This document shows, piece after piece, positions 38,004 to 47,981 of a stretch of 64,000 bases of DNA. The stretch comes from Gemmatimonadota bacterium (GTDB taxonomy: Bacteria; Gemmatimonadota; Gemmatimonadetes; Palauibacterales; Palauibacteraceae), in NCBI GenBank assembly GCA_965116475.1, contig OZ220691.1:1536001-1600000 (forward strand), in the 5' to 3' direction. The translations under genes were made by a program, and so were the position numbers. Positions within the stretch are counted from its first letter, which is position 1. Each line of letters begins with the position of its first letter. The notes under the pieces were generated by a model. The model did no database searches, was not told where the DNA came from, and saw only the letters and a list, made by a program, of their open reading frames with translations.

Positions 38004-38077
38004 TTGCAGAAACACGACCATGAACATTGCAAAACTATGATCAATCGTATTGCAGTAGATCGACCGTAGACGTTGCA
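38004..38077 (+). promoter_or_regulatory. Four TTGCA pentamers at exact 23-bp spacing in the AT-rich leader of the AAA/DUF4143 gene
   Basis: TTGCA starts at 38004, 38027, 38050 and 38073. Confidence 0.7.
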
Positions 38078-38108
38078 AATCTCCAAACACGCTGCCAGAT
38101 TCACGGTC

Positions 38109-39413
38109 ATGGCACGTAACGATCGATCCGTTCCGGAATACGTCCTCCGCGTCGCGGACTCCGAGTTGACGCGGCGTCTCGCGTCGGCGGGCGCTGTCGT
38201 CATCGAGGGCCCCCGCGTCTGCGGCAAGACGACGACGGCCCGGCAGGCGGCATCGAGCGAAGTGCTCATGGATGTGGATCCATCCGTGCCCGAGGCGATG
38301 GCGGTGGACCCGCGGCTCGTCCTGGAGGGTTCCCCACCCCGGTTGATCGACGAGTGGCAGGTGGAACCCGACATCTGGAACTACATCCGCCGGGCCGTGG
38401 ATGACCGCCCCGGCAAGGGGCACTTCATTCTCACGGGATCGGCCGTCCCCCCCGACGACATCACGCGGCACACGGGCGCGGGGCGGATGGGCCGACTTCG
38501 GCTTCGACCCATGTCGCTGTTCGAGTTGGGTCATGCGAAGGGCCGCGTCCCGCGGGAGCGTGCAGGGGGGCGAGTCTCGCTGAAGCGCCTGCTTCGCGGA
38601 GAGCCCGCGCCGAGCCTGAAGCACGAGATGTCACTCACCGAGATCGCGGAACTGCTGTGCGTCGGCGGCTGGCCGGGACACCTCCGCGGTCGGTCCGTGG
38701 AAGACGCGATGGAGGCCAACCGGGACTATCTGGACGAGATCTGTCGGACCGATATCCGACGGGTCGACGGCATCGCGAGGGATCCCGAGCGGGTGCGGCG
38801 CTTCCTGGACTCCGTCGCGCGCAATACGGCGACGTGCGCCACCGTCGCGACGATGGCCGAGGACGCGGGCGGTTCGGACATCTCGCTCTCGAGCGAGACG
38901 GCGCACTCGTACCTGAAGGCGCTCGAACGGCTCATGGTCGTCGAGCATCAGCGGCCGTGGGCGCCGCACCTGCGCTCGCGGTCGCGGCTGAGGAACAGAC
39001 CGAAGCGGCACTTCGTCGACCCGTCCCTGGCCGTAGCGGCGCTGGGTGCGGAACCGGAGCACCTGCTGCGCGACCTTCAATGGATGGGGTTTCTCTTCGA
39101 GTCCATGGTCGTGCGGGACCTGCGCGTCTACGCACAGGCCACGCGCGCGACCGTCTACCACTACCGCGACAACACCGACCTCGAGGTGGACGCGGTCGTG
39201 GACGGAGGGCCGAGCAGGTGGGCGGCTTTCGAGATCAAGCTTGGCGCCGGACGGATCGAGGAGGCGGCGCGGACCCTCCTCAAGTTCGCGGACCGGGTCG
39301 ATACGGAACGCACCGGCAAACCGGCGGCGCTGGGCGTGATTACGGGAAGTCCGTACGGCTACCGGCGGCCGGATGGCGTAAGCGTCATCCCCGTCGGCGC
39401 GCTCGGGCCCTGA
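38109..39413 (+). CDS. AAA_14 ATPase with DUF4143 (PD-(D/E)xK-like) C-terminus
   Basis: Walker A GPRVCGKTT, Walker B LIDEWQ, LTGS, GGWP, FESMV and LEVDAVV...FEIKLG motifs. Start is 38109 (ATG) or 38073 (TTG). Confidence 0.88.
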   Translation: MARNDRSVPEYVLRVADSELTRRLASAGAVVIEGPRVCGKTTTARQAASSEVLMDVDPSVPEAMAVDPRLVLEGSPPRLIDEWQVEPDIWNYIRRAVDDRPGKGHFILTGSAVPPDDITRHTGAGRMGRLRLRPMSLFELGHAKGRVPRERAGGRVSLKRLLRGEPAPSLKHEMSLTEIAELLCVGGWPGHLRGRSVEDAMEANRDYLDEICRTDIRRVDGIARDPERVRRFLDSVARNTATCATVATMAEDAGGSDISLSSETAHSYLKALERLMVVEHQRPWAPHLRSRSRLRNRPKRHFVDPSLAVAALGAEPEHLLRDLQWMGFLFESMVVRDLRVYAQATRATVYHYRDNTDLEVDAVVDGGPSRWAAFEIKLGAGRIEEAARTLLKFADRVDTERTGKPAALGVITGSPYGYRRPDGVSVIPVGALGP

Positions 39414-39414
39414 T

Positions 39415-39443
39415 CGGGCCGGGGCAGGTGGCGCCCCGGCCCG
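39415..39443. terminator. GC-rich hairpin between convergent genes
   Basis: Perfect 11-bp stem cgggccggggc / gccccggcccg with 7-nt loop; no clear U-tract. Confidence 0.55.
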
Positions 39444-39457
39444 TCAAGGTTTGATCG

Positions 39458-41527
39458 TCAGGAGGAGGCGTCGTCGGAGACGGCGCGGGCTTCGTCGTCG
39501 TCGTGCGTGCCGAAGCGCTCGAACCAGGTGCGCAGGAAGAGTTGCGTGCGCAGGAAGTTCGACGGCGTGCTGCTCGTCCCGTGCCACTCGTTGCGGAAGC
39601 GGATCATCGCCGTCGGCACCCGCTCCATCTTGAGCGCCTGGTAGTACTCCTCCGTCTGCGGCATCGGCGTCCGCAGGTCCATCTCCCCCGTCATGAGCAT
39701 GGTCGGCGTCGTCACGTTGCCCACGTACATGAGCGGCGAGCGGCGCAGGTGCTCCGAGGGGTCGTCCCACGGGAAGTGCTCGAAGTTGCGGTACCAGCCG
39801 GGCCCGTCCGTCGTTCCCACGAACGAGAGCCAGTTGGTGACCGGGCAGTTCGCCGAGGCGGCGCGGAATCGGTCGGTGTGGCCGACGACCCATGACGTCA
39901 GGACGCCGCCGCCGGAGCAGCCGTACACGAACATGTTGTCCTCGTCGACATAGCCGCGGCCGATGACCTCGTCGACGCCCGCCATCAGGTCGTCGAAGTC
40001 CTTCGACGGATAGGCGTTCTTGATCGCGTTGCCGAAGTCCGTCCCGTACCCGGAGCTGCCGCGCGGGTTGGTGTAGACGACGACGTAGCCGTTCGCGGCG
40101 TGCTCCTGCCAGCCGAAGTTGAACCCGGTGTTGTACATGCCGTGCGGGCCACCGTGGATCGACAGGATGAGCGGATACTTCTTCGACGGGTCGAAGTCGG
40201 GCGGCTTCACGATCCAGCCCTGGATATCCCAGTCATCCACCGACTTGTACCAGATCTCCTCGACCTCGCCGAGCGTGACCCCGGCCAGCACGTCGTCGTT
40301 CACGTTCGTGAGCTGCATGACGTTGCCGCCGCTTTCAAGATCGAAGGAGACGACGTCGCCGGGACCGTGCGGCTCGGTCAGCGTGCCCATGGCCTTCCCG
40401 TCCTCCGTGAAGGAGCTGAGGCTCAGGAGGTGGTTGCCGCTCGTGACCTGGGTCACGCCCCCGTCCACGGACGCGAAGTGCAGGTTGCGGGTGCCCTCGC
40501 GGTTCACGTTGAAGTAGACGCCGCTCCCATCCGGGGCCCACATGAGCTGCGGGCTCCCCCGCATGCCGCGGTCGAAGTCGCCGGAGATCTGCCGCACGCC
40601 CGAGCCGTCGGGGTTCATCACGTAGAGGTGCGAGTTGCGGTACGTGTCGTCGTTCCAGTCCTGCCCGGAGTACGCGACGAGGCTGCCGTCGGGCGAGGGA
40701 TAGGCGCCCCCGTCCGGGCCGTGGCGCGTGGTGAGCTGCCGGATCGCGCCCGAGGCGACGTCGACCGCGTAGATCTCGGACTCGCGCCAGTTGTACTCGG
40801 AGTCCTCCTCCCGCAGCGACGAGAAGTAGATCTCGCTCCCGTCCCGGCTCCACTGGGGGTTGCCGTGATTCCACATGCCGTCGGTGAGCTGGCGCGGCGT
40901 ACCGCCATCGGCGGGGACCACGAAGATGTGGGAATGGCCCTGGTCGACGTACCCGCGGCGGTCCTGACGGTAATCCATGCGGGTGACGATCTTCGGGCCC
41001 TCCGTCCACTTGGCGCCGTCGGGGCGGCTCGGCAGGTCGATGGGCCAGCTCTCCGCGTCCTCCACGAGCATGGTGAAGGCGATGTGCGTGCCGTCGGGGG
41101 ACCAGCGCAGGCTGCCGGGCGAGTGCTCCAGCCGCGTGATCTGGGTGGTCGCGCCCTCCGCGTCCATCCAGCGGACCCAGATCTGCGAGCCCTCCGGATC
41201 GCCCGAGGCCGTGTAGGCGATACGCGTGCCGTCCGGCGACCAGATCGCGCCGGACCCGTCGAGCAGTTCCCGCTTGCGGGTGCCGTCGGCGTTCATGATG
41301 TAGAGCGTGGACTCCCAGCGGTCGTTGATCTGGTCGATCCATCCCTTCGTGTAGACGACGTGGCGGCCGTCCGGGGAGATCTGGGGGTTGGAGACTCGTT
41401 CCCAGTCCATGTACATGTCGAGGGAAAGGGTTCTCATCCCGTCGCCGTTCTGGGCCGAGACCGGGGCCGGGGCGACGAAGAGGAGAAGAAGCAGGCTCGC
41501 GGCTGCGAAGCGGGCGGCACGATACAT
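39458..41527 (-). CDS. Secreted S9 family peptidase (acylaminoacyl / dipeptidyl aminopeptidase)
   Basis: AGGAGG RBS; signal peptide; WSPDG propeller repeats; HGGPH, nucleophile GCSGGG, DLRTP and EWHG. Confidence 0.93.
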   Translation of the reverse strand: MYRAARFAAASLLLLLFVAPAPVSAQNGDGMRTLSLDMYMDWERVSNPQISPDGRHVVYTKGWIDQINDRWESTLYIMNADGTRKRELLDGSGAIWSPDGTRIAYTASGDPEGSQIWVRWMDAEGATTQITRLEHSPGSLRWSPDGTHIAFTMLVEDAESWPIDLPSRPDGAKWTEGPKIVTRMDYRQDRRGYVDQGHSHIFVVPADGGTPRQLTDGMWNHGNPQWSRDGSEIYFSSLREEDSEYNWRESEIYAVDVASGAIRQLTTRHGPDGGAYPSPDGSLVAYSGQDWNDDTYRNSHLYVMNPDGSGVRQISGDFDRGMRGSPQLMWAPDGSGVYFNVNREGTRNLHFASVDGGVTQVTSGNHLLSLSSFTEDGKAMGTLTEPHGPGDVVSFDLESGGNVMQLTNVNDDVLAGVTLGEVEEIWYKSVDDWDIQGWIVKPPDFDPSKKYPLILSIHGGPHGMYNTGFNFGWQEHAANGYVVVYTNPRGSSGYGTDFGNAIKNAYPSKDFDDLMAGVDEVIGRGYVDEDNMFVYGCSGGGVLTSWVVGHTDRFRAASANCPVTNWLSFVGTTDGPGWYRNFEHFPWDDPSEHLRRSPLMYVGNVTTPTMLMTGEMDLRTPMPQTEEYYQALKMERVPTAMIRFRNEWHGTSSTPSNFLRTQLFLRTWFERFGTHDDDEARAVSDDASS

Positions 41528-41756
41528 GATGACCTCCTGCGAAGAGCGGGAACTGTGCAGATCTGCAACGTACACGCGGGCATGTGGGGAAGGAAACCAT
41601 CGGGGACGGCGTCGACGCTGGCGTGCCGGGCCGGTGGGACCGCAGCTTGCATGCACAGTCATCGGTAACAGGGCTGGTGACACCGGGCTGGTGACAGGGG
41701 GGGACGGGGCGGCGGACGGAGCGGCACGGCAGGACGTAACTCCAGGAGAGAACCTC

Positions 41757-44129
41757 ATGAATCGGCGAATTCATCCCTTCGCGTTCCTGGCGGGTCCCAC
41801 TTTGGCGGCGGGGCTGGCGCTGGCGGTGCCCCAGGTCGCGGGCGCGCAGCAGTTCGGCGGCGCGCTGGCCGTGAGCGGCGACCAGGTGCTGGTGGGCGAA
41901 GCGGGCAACGGCACGATGTCGGGCATCGTGTGGGTCTACGGCCTGACGGCCTCGGGCTGGGCGGAGACGGGGCAGGTGACGGTGTCCGACGAGGTGCGCG
42001 TCCCGGACGGGTTCGGCCGATCGGTCGCCGCGCAGGGGGACTGGCTGTGGGCGGGGGCGCCGCTCGAGGCGGACGGGGCCGGCGCGGTCTACGTGTTCAG
42101 GTCCGACGGGCTGGGCGGCTGGGAGCGGGTGGCCCGGCTCGAGGCGCCGGAGGGCGCGCGGGCGTTCGGGAGCGCCATCGCGCTGATGGAGGGCGCCGCG
42201 ATCGTGTCTTCCCCCGGGGCGGACGACGGACGGGGGGCCGTGTTCTCGTACAACGTTGACTCGGAAGGAGCCGCATCCCCGGGCGCGGCGCTGCGGCGGA
42301 CGGACGGCGTGGCCACCGAGGGGTTCGGCACGGCGCTGGCCCTCGACGGGGAGACGCTGCTCGTCGGCACGCGCGAGTCCGGCGATGCGCCGCCCGTGGT
42401 GTTCGCCTTCGCGCGCGGCGGTTCGGGGGCCTGGACGGCGACCGGGACGCTCGAAGCGCCGGCGCTCCAGGAACGCAGCGGCTTCGGCGCCTCGCTCGCC
42501 GTGCGCGACGGCTTCGCGCTCGTGGGCGCCCCGACCCTCAGGGAGAGCGGCGGGGCGGTCTTCGCCTTCTCGCGGGGAGCCGACGGCTGGGCCATGGAGG
42601 CGCGGCTCGGCCCGCTCCTGCCCGAACCCAACGCGCAGTTCGGGTCCTCCATCGGCTTCGACGGCGACGACATCCTCATCGGGGCGCCGGGCAGCGGCCT
42701 GGGCGCCGGCACCCTGTACGCCTACCGCCGCGACGCCGCGGGGCAGTGGCGCGAGGCTTCCATCCTCCTGCGCTCTCCGCTCGGCGAGCGCGCCGGTTTC
42801 GCCGGTGCCGCCGCGCGATCCGGCGACCACCTCGTCATCGGCGCGACGGGCGTCGACTCGGGCGCCGGCGCCGCCGTCGTCTACGAACGGTCCGCCGGTG
42901 GCTCGTGGGAGGAGAGCGGCACGCTCGTCAACGACTACCGCGGCTTCCCCGCCATCGCCGGCGAGGAGATCGAGTGCAGCGACGGGCACGCGGACGTCTT
43001 CGAGTGCCGGGACGTGAACATCACCGCCTTCATGCCGATCAAGGACCTCGGCGGCACCCGCGCCACGCGCGTCAACGACATCTGGGGCTGGACCGACCCG
43101 GAGACGGGGCGTGAAATCGCGATCGTCGGGCGCACCGACGGCACGTCGTTCGTCGACGTCAGCGACCCGTACCACCCGCGCTTCCTCGGCGACCTGCCCG
43201 CCACCGAGGGCTCGCGGCACATGATCTGGCGCGACATCAAGGTGTATCGCGACCACGCCTATATCGTCGCGGACGCCGCGCTGGAGCACGGCGTACAGGT
43301 GTTCGACCTGCGGCAACTGCGGGACGTGGGCGCCGAACCCGTGACGTTCGAGGAGACGTTCCTCTACGACGGGATCCACTCGGCCCACAACATCGTCATC
43401 AACGAGGAGACCGGCTTCGCCTACGCCGTCGGGAACAGCGGCGGCGGCGAGACGTGCGGCGGCGGCCTCCACATGATCGATCTCGAGGATCCGGCCCAGC
43501 CCGTCTTCGCGGGCTGCTTCGCGCAGGAGGGGACGGGACGCCGGGGCACGGGCTACGTGCACGACGCGCAGTGCGTCACCTACCGCGGCCCCGACACCGA
43601 GCACGCCGGCAAGGAGATCTGCCTCGGCTCGAACGAGACGGCGTTCAACATCGCCGACGTGAGCGACAAGGACGCGCCGGTCGGCCTCGCCACGATCGAC
43701 TATCCGAACGTCGCCTACGCGCACCAGGGCTGGCTGACCGACGACCACCGCTACTTCTACATGAACGACGAGGGGGATGAGCCCCAGGGTCTGGTGGAGG
43801 GCACGCGCACGCTGGTGTGGGACGTGACGGACCTCGACGATCCGATCCTCGTCACCGAGTACATCGCGGAGACGACGGCCACCGACCACAACCTCTACAT
43901 CGTCGGCGACCTCATGTACCAGTCGAACTACTCCGCCGGCTTCCGCGTCCTCGACATCTCGGACCCCGAGAACCCGGTCGAGATCGGCTTCTTCGACACC
44001 TCGCCCTACCAGGGCGGCGCGTCGTGGAGCAACTACCCCTACTTCGCGAGCGGGACGATCGCCGTGACGGGGACCGGAGACGGACTCTTCCTGCTCAAGA
44101 ACATGGCGAGACCCCGCCTCGTGCCGTGA
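41757..44129 (+). CDS. Choice-of-anchor B family protein with N-terminal FG-GAP repeats
   Basis: Signal peptide ending AGA-Q; repeated FG.S.A...GAP...GAVYVF units; C-terminal domain paralogous to 9433-10782. Confidence 0.87.
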   Translation: MNRRIHPFAFLAGPTLAAGLALAVPQVAGAQQFGGALAVSGDQVLVGEAGNGTMSGIVWVYGLTASGWAETGQVTVSDEVRVPDGFGRSVAAQGDWLWAGAPLEADGAGAVYVFRSDGLGGWERVARLEAPEGARAFGSAIALMEGAAIVSSPGADDGRGAVFSYNVDSEGAASPGAALRRTDGVATEGFGTALALDGETLLVGTRESGDAPPVVFAFARGGSGAWTATGTLEAPALQERSGFGASLAVRDGFALVGAPTLRESGGAVFAFSRGADGWAMEARLGPLLPEPNAQFGSSIGFDGDDILIGAPGSGLGAGTLYAYRRDAAGQWREASILLRSPLGERAGFAGAAARSGDHLVIGATGVDSGAGAAVVYERSAGGSWEESGTLVNDYRGFPAIAGEEIECSDGHADVFECRDVNITAFMPIKDLGGTRATRVNDIWGWTDPETGREIAIVGRTDGTSFVDVSDPYHPRFLGDLPATEGSRHMIWRDIKVYRDHAYIVADAALEHGVQVFDLRQLRDVGAEPVTFEETFLYDGIHSAHNIVINEETGFAYAVGNSGGGETCGGGLHMIDLEDPAQPVFAGCFAQEGTGRRGTGYVHDAQCVTYRGPDTEHAGKEICLGSNETAFNIADVSDKDAPVGLATIDYPNVAYAHQGWLTDDHRYFYMNDEGDEPQGLVEGTRTLVWDVTDLDDPILVTEYIAETTATDHNLYIVGDLMYQSNYSAGFRVLDISDPENPVEIGFFDTSPYQGGASWSNYPYFASGTIAVTGTGDGLFLLKNMARPRLVP

Positions 44130-44581
44130 GCCCGGCAGCCCACGACGAAACCCCCGCTTCGGGCTTCGGGGGCCGACCGATCATCCTCTTCGACGGCGTC
44201 TGCAACCTGTGTGCGGGCGCCGTCCGCTTCATCATCCGCCGCGACCGCCGCGCGCGCTTCCGGTTCGCCGCCCTCCAGTCCGACGTGGGACGCCGGATCC
44301 TCGCGGCGACGGGGGTCGAGACACCCGGACCCGGCGAGCCTCCGCGGTCGCTGGTTCTGTTCGCGGGGGGAAAGGTCTATCGCGGCAGCACCGCCGCCCT
44401 GCTCATCCTGGCCGGGCTCGGCCGCGCCTGGCCGTTCGTCGCGACGCTCCTCGTCATCCCCTCCCCGCTTCGCAACCTCGTCTACCGCTTCGTAGCCCGG
44501 AACCGCTACCGCTGGTTCGGCAGGAAGACCGCCTGCGAACTCCCCCCGACCGACGAAAGCTGGCGCTTCCTCGACGCCTGA
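44126..44581 (+). CDS. DCC1-like thiol-disulfide oxidoreductase (DUF393)
   Basis: ILFDGVCNLC, FAALQS and YRFVARNRYRWFG..C motifs; GTGA overlap. Confidence 0.9.
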   Translation: MSPAAHDETPASGFGGRPIILFDGVCNLCAGAVRFIIRRDRRARFRFAALQSDVGRRILAATGVETPGPGEPPRSLVLFAGGKVYRGSTAALLILAGLGRAWPFVATLLVIPSPLRNLVYRFVARNRYRWFGRKTACELPPTDESWRFLDA

Positions 44582-44620
44582 CGTCGATCCGGGTGCGTCC
44601 GCACCGGACACTCCGGATTT

Positions 44621-45028
44621 CTACAGGGAACCCCGTGGGGCGACCCACTCGGTCGCCTGTCCGGTGGCCGCCGCGATGGTGTCAAAGTCCGCATCGTAGT
44701 GAAGCACGGTCATGTCGGAGGCTTCGGCGGCAGCGGCAATGATCAGATCCGCGATCGGCACCCGGTGTTGAGCGCGGCGAGCGAGCAGTCCTTGCACTGC
44801 GATGGCCCGCTGAAACATCGCTTCCGTGAGTGGAACGTGACGGTACGCCAACGCACGCCGGGCCCGCGTTCGCGCGTGCTCCTCGCCATTACGGGTGGAG
44901 TAGAGCACTTCCAGGTCGATGATCGCGCAGGTCGCGGCCTGGCCCGTCTCGATGACCGGCGTGAGTCGTGCCTGGACCCGGGGATGCGCCATGCGGGCCA
45001 GCGCGCTCTTGTCGATAAGGTAGGCCAC
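44621..45028 (-). CDS. vapC: VapC PIN-domain ribonuclease toxin
   Basis: LIDKSA, LEVL, ADLIIAAAA and LHYDADFD acidic PIN residues. Confidence 0.9.
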   Translation of the reverse strand: MAYLIDKSALARMAHPRVQARLTPVIETGQAATCAIIDLEVLYSTRNGEEHARTRARRALAYRHVPLTEAMFQRAIAVQGLLARRAQHRVPIADLIIAAAAEASDMTVLHYDADFDTIAAATGQATEWVAPRGSL

Positions 45029-45049
45029 TCGCGTTCGACCTGGACTGGT

Positions 45050-45259
45050 TCAGGAACGCCAGGCGCCGGCCATGACCTGCTCGTTCGATAGTTCGAGCCC
45101 GTCCATCGTCGCCAGTGCCTCGATTTCCTGGCGTCGCGCCTCCCGCCGCAGGACCTCGCGCAAGGCGGAGTCGATCGTCTCCTTGATGGAAGACGTCCCA
45201 AGGAGGGCCCGAACTTGTTCGATGAGCCCGTCGTCGATTTCCACGCTGGTTTTCCTCAC
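45050..45259 (-). CDS. vapB: VapB antitoxin
   Basis: RKTSVEIDDGLIEQVRALLGTSSIKETIDSALRE; directly upstream of vapC. Confidence 0.85.
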   Translation of the reverse strand: MRKTSVEIDDGLIEQVRALLGTSSIKETIDSALREVLRREARRQEIEALATMDGLELSNEQVMAGAWRS

Positions 45260-45285
45260 CCGGCCCCTCCCTGGTCGCCGCTACG

Positions 45286-45313
45286 GATATACAATTTATG
45301 TAAAAAATATATC
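45286..45313. promoter_or_regulatory. AT-rich vapBC promoter/operator with inverted repeat GATATA-N16-TATATC
   Basis: gatatacaatttatgtaaaaaatatatc upstream of vapB. Confidence 0.55.
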
Positions 45314-45334
45314 TAACTCAAGAACGAGAAGATA

Positions 45335-47173
45335 TCACATGCGTTCGTGGACGATGCGGCCGCCGACGATCGTGTACAGCGCCTCGGCCTCGAGCAGGCG
45401 GGCGGGGTCGTTTCGGCCGGCTTCGATCAGGTCCACGTCGAACACGGCGATGTCCGCCAGCTTGCCGGGTGTCAGCGTGCCCTTGATGTCCTCCTCGAAC
45501 GAGGCCCAGGCCGGGTTCCGCGTGTACGCCTCGATCGCCTCCTCGATCGTGAGCCGCTGCTCCGGGAACCAGCCCTCGGCGGGCTCGCCGCTGAGCGTCT
45601 GCCGGCTCACCGCCGCGTACAGTCCGTACCTCGGGTGGAGGAAGTAGCGGGCCGCGTTCGTCCCGGGGCTGTCGCTCCCGAACACGAGCACCGCCCCCGC
45701 GTCCCTGAGCGACCGGAACGCGTACGCGCCGCGCGACCGCCCGCCGATCCTCTCCTCCATCCACCGCATGTCGTCCGAGATGTGGTACGGGTTCACCTCC
45801 GCCACGAGGTTGAGTTCGCCGAAACGGTGGAAGTCCGCCTCCTCCACCACCTGTGCGTGGATCATCCGCCACCGGTGATCCGCCTCGATCATGTCGTGCT
45901 CGCTCAACACGGCCTCAAACAGGTCGAGCAGGATCTTCACCGCCTTGTCGCCGATGGCGTGGATGTGGGGCGGGAGGCCGGTGGGCACCGCCTCCTCCAT
46001 GAGCCGCTGCAGGTTCCCCTCGGGGAACTCGGCGTAGTTCTGGCCCCGGGTCAGGGAGAGGGCGAGGCCGTCGATGCCCTCGGGAAGCATGATCTGGCGC
46101 ACGATCCCGAAGTTGCCCGGCGCGTGGTCGTACTGCTCGTAGAACATCGCGCTGGAGCCGCCCATGATCCCGTCGACCCAGGCCTTGTAGCCGATGAAGC
46201 GGAGCCAGTCGTCGCCGAAGCCGCGGGTGATCCCGAGCCCGCCGGTGTGGGTCACGTTGTCGAGCGAGGGACGGATGTTGATGCGGGCGGTCAGTTCGCC
46301 GCGGGCGTGCAGTTCCTGGTAGGCGCGGAACTGCTCGGAGGAGGTGATGTCCTGGATCGTGGTGACGCCGCCCTCGCGGGCCTCCCGGAGCACGGCGCGG
46401 ACCTCGGTGAGGCGCTGCTCGAACGACTTGGGCGTGATGGCGGCCCGGACGAGGTCGACGGCGGAGCCCGTGAGGATGCCCGTGACCCGCCCGTCCTCGT
46501 CCTTCGCGATCATGCCGCCGGGCGGTGACGGCGTGGCGTCCGTGATGCCCGCCATGTCGAGCGCGAGGCTGTTCGCGAGATAGACGAAACGGTCGAAGCG
46601 GTTCACGAGGACGGGGTGATTCGGGGTCACGTCGTCGATGAGGTCGCGGTGCGGCGTGAACGGCCCGCCGGAACTCGCCTCGCCGCCCGCCGCGGCGGCG
46701 CCCTCTTCGCGGCCGGTCGATCCCGCCTCCCAGTCCTCGTAGGCGCCCCAGTCGCCGCGCGTGATCCAGCTGCCGGGCGCCAGGCGCTCGGCCGCGCGCG
46801 CGATCTCCGCGCGGAAGCCTTCCGGTTCGTGCACTTCGAGCAGGTTCACGCCCACGATCAGCGCCCCGGTGCTCTCCACGTGCACGTGGCCGTCGTTGAA
46901 GCCGGGCGAGACGAAGGCGCGGTCCAGGTCGATGACGCGCGTGTCCGGGCCCACGAGCGCCTCGGCCTCCGCGTTCGATCCGACGACGGCGATGCGCTCG
47001 CCGCGAACCGCGATCGCCTCGGCGGCGGGCCGCGCCTCGTCGAGCGTGTACACGTCGCCGTTGATGAGGACGAGGTCCGCCGGTTCCCCGGGTCCGCTTC
47101 CTCCGCAGGCCGTCGCGAGGACCGTCGCCGCAGCCGCCAGTGTCCGTGTTTTCATATTTTTTATGCTTCTCAT
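45335..47173 (-). CDS. Amidohydrolase 3 family (YtcJ-like) lipoprotein
   Basis: Lipobox ATAC; PGFNDGHVH, HAIGDKA, IHAQ, FGSDSP and GKLAD motifs. Start is 47173 or 47155. Confidence 0.9.
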   Translation of the reverse strand: MRSIKNMKTRTLAAAATVLATACGGSGPGEPADLVLINGDVYTLDEARPAAEAIAVRGERIAVVGSNAEAEALVGPDTRVIDLDRAFVSPGFNDGHVHVESTGALIVGVNLLEVHEPEGFRAEIARAAERLAPGSWITRGDWGAYEDWEAGSTGREEGAAAAGGEASSGGPFTPHRDLIDDVTPNHPVLVNRFDRFVYLANSLALDMAGITDATPSPPGGMIAKDEDGRVTGILTGSAVDLVRAAITPKSFEQRLTEVRAVLREAREGGVTTIQDITSSEQFRAYQELHARGELTARINIRPSLDNVTHTGGLGITRGFGDDWLRFIGYKAWVDGIMGGSSAMFYEQYDHAPGNFGIVRQIMLPEGIDGLALSLTRGQNYAEFPEGNLQRLMEEAVPTGLPPHIHAIGDKAVKILLDLFEAVLSEHDMIEADHRWRMIHAQVVEEADFHRFGELNLVAEVNPYHISDDMRWMEERIGGRSRGAYAFRSLRDAGAVLVFGSDSPGTNAARYFLHPRYGLYAAVSRQTLSGEPAEGWFPEQRLTIEEAIEAYTRNPAWASFEEDIKGTLTPGKLADIAVFDVDLIEAGRNDPARLLEAEALYTIVGGRIVHERM

Positions 47174-47226
47174 GCTTCGTCCCTGGATCGGTGTTTCGGG
47201 GGCGCCGGCGTGCAGCGGGCCGGCGT

Positions 47227-47751
47227 TCAGCGGGCCGGGATGCGTTCCCAGACGAGCGTGCCGACGGCGCCTCCGCCGCGCGCGGGGTCCGGTTCGGTGC
47301 TCAGGATCAGCCGGTCCGGCCCGTCGAAGGCGAAGGAGCGCGGCCGGTCCGAGCCGACCCAGCTCGGAAGCAGCGCGCCCTCCACGTGGTGCGTGACGAC
47401 ACCCGCCTCCATGTCGACGCTGTAATCCCCGTAGTAGGAGAAGAAACCGCCGAGGATCGCGTCGCGCATCTCCTGTCCGCCGACCTCCGCGGCGTCGGGG
47501 AGTTCCCGCCCCACCTGCATCAGCTGCGCGGACATGCGGCCGTCGGCCGTGTACGCCATCTGGCCGGCGGGGTTCCCGTCGTAGGGAAGCGTCACCTCGC
47601 CTGCCGCGCTACGGCTCTCCCACGAGGCGAGCGACCACGCCCCGACGAAGGGGTTGTCCGCTTCGCCGGCGGGCTCCGGGGCGCAGCCCGCGGCCAAAGC
47701 CAGGGTCAGGGCGCAGCAGACGCCGCGCACCGGGGGATGGATCGCAGACAT
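47227..47751 (-). CDS. Lipocalin-like domain lipoprotein
   Basis: Lipobox AAGC; FVGAWSLASW, YTADGRMSAQL, SYYGDY and LVWER motifs; GGAGG RBS. Confidence 0.82.
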   Translation of the reverse strand: MSAIHPPVRGVCCALTLALAAGCAPEPAGEADNPFVGAWSLASWESRSAAGEVTLPYDGNPAGQMAYTADGRMSAQLMQVGRELPDAAEVGGQEMRDAILGGFFSYYGDYSVDMEAGVVTHHVEGALLPSWVGSDRPRSFAFDGPDRLILSTEPDPARGGGAVGTLVWERIPAR

Positions 47752-47874
47752 TCGCACCTCCGCTTCGCTGGGCCGCGCGTGTCTTCAGCGGTCTGGCAGC
47801 CCGTGGCTGCAAGGGACGATAGGTCCAACCCCGGCGCCTTTCCACCGCGGCTTTGTCCCGCAACGTCTTCGGCC

Positions 47875-47892
47875 ACGTTCCCGCGGGAACGT
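47875..47892. repeat. Palindrome ACGTTCCCGCGGGAACGT (copy 1 of 3)
   Basis: Perfect 18-bp palindrome in a divergent intergenic region; same core at 61510-61529 and 61585-61600. Confidence 0.8.
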
Positions 47893-47981
47893 CTTGAGCT
47901 TCGGCCACGCGCGGATCGCCGACCCTCTCGGCAGGGGGCGATGTCCCTTGTACCTTCCGTGTCCGGCCCGAAGGCAGCGGC

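Noticed and set aside
38004..38077. TTGCA array as a mini-CRISPR
   Set aside because: The repeat is only 5 bp with 18-nt spacers. It is kept as a candidate binding array instead.
37981..39450. gccccggcc on both sides of the AAA/DUF4143 gene as a target-site duplication
   Set aside because: It is only 9 bp of pure G/C in a GC-rich genome, and the right copy is a hairpin arm; likely chance.
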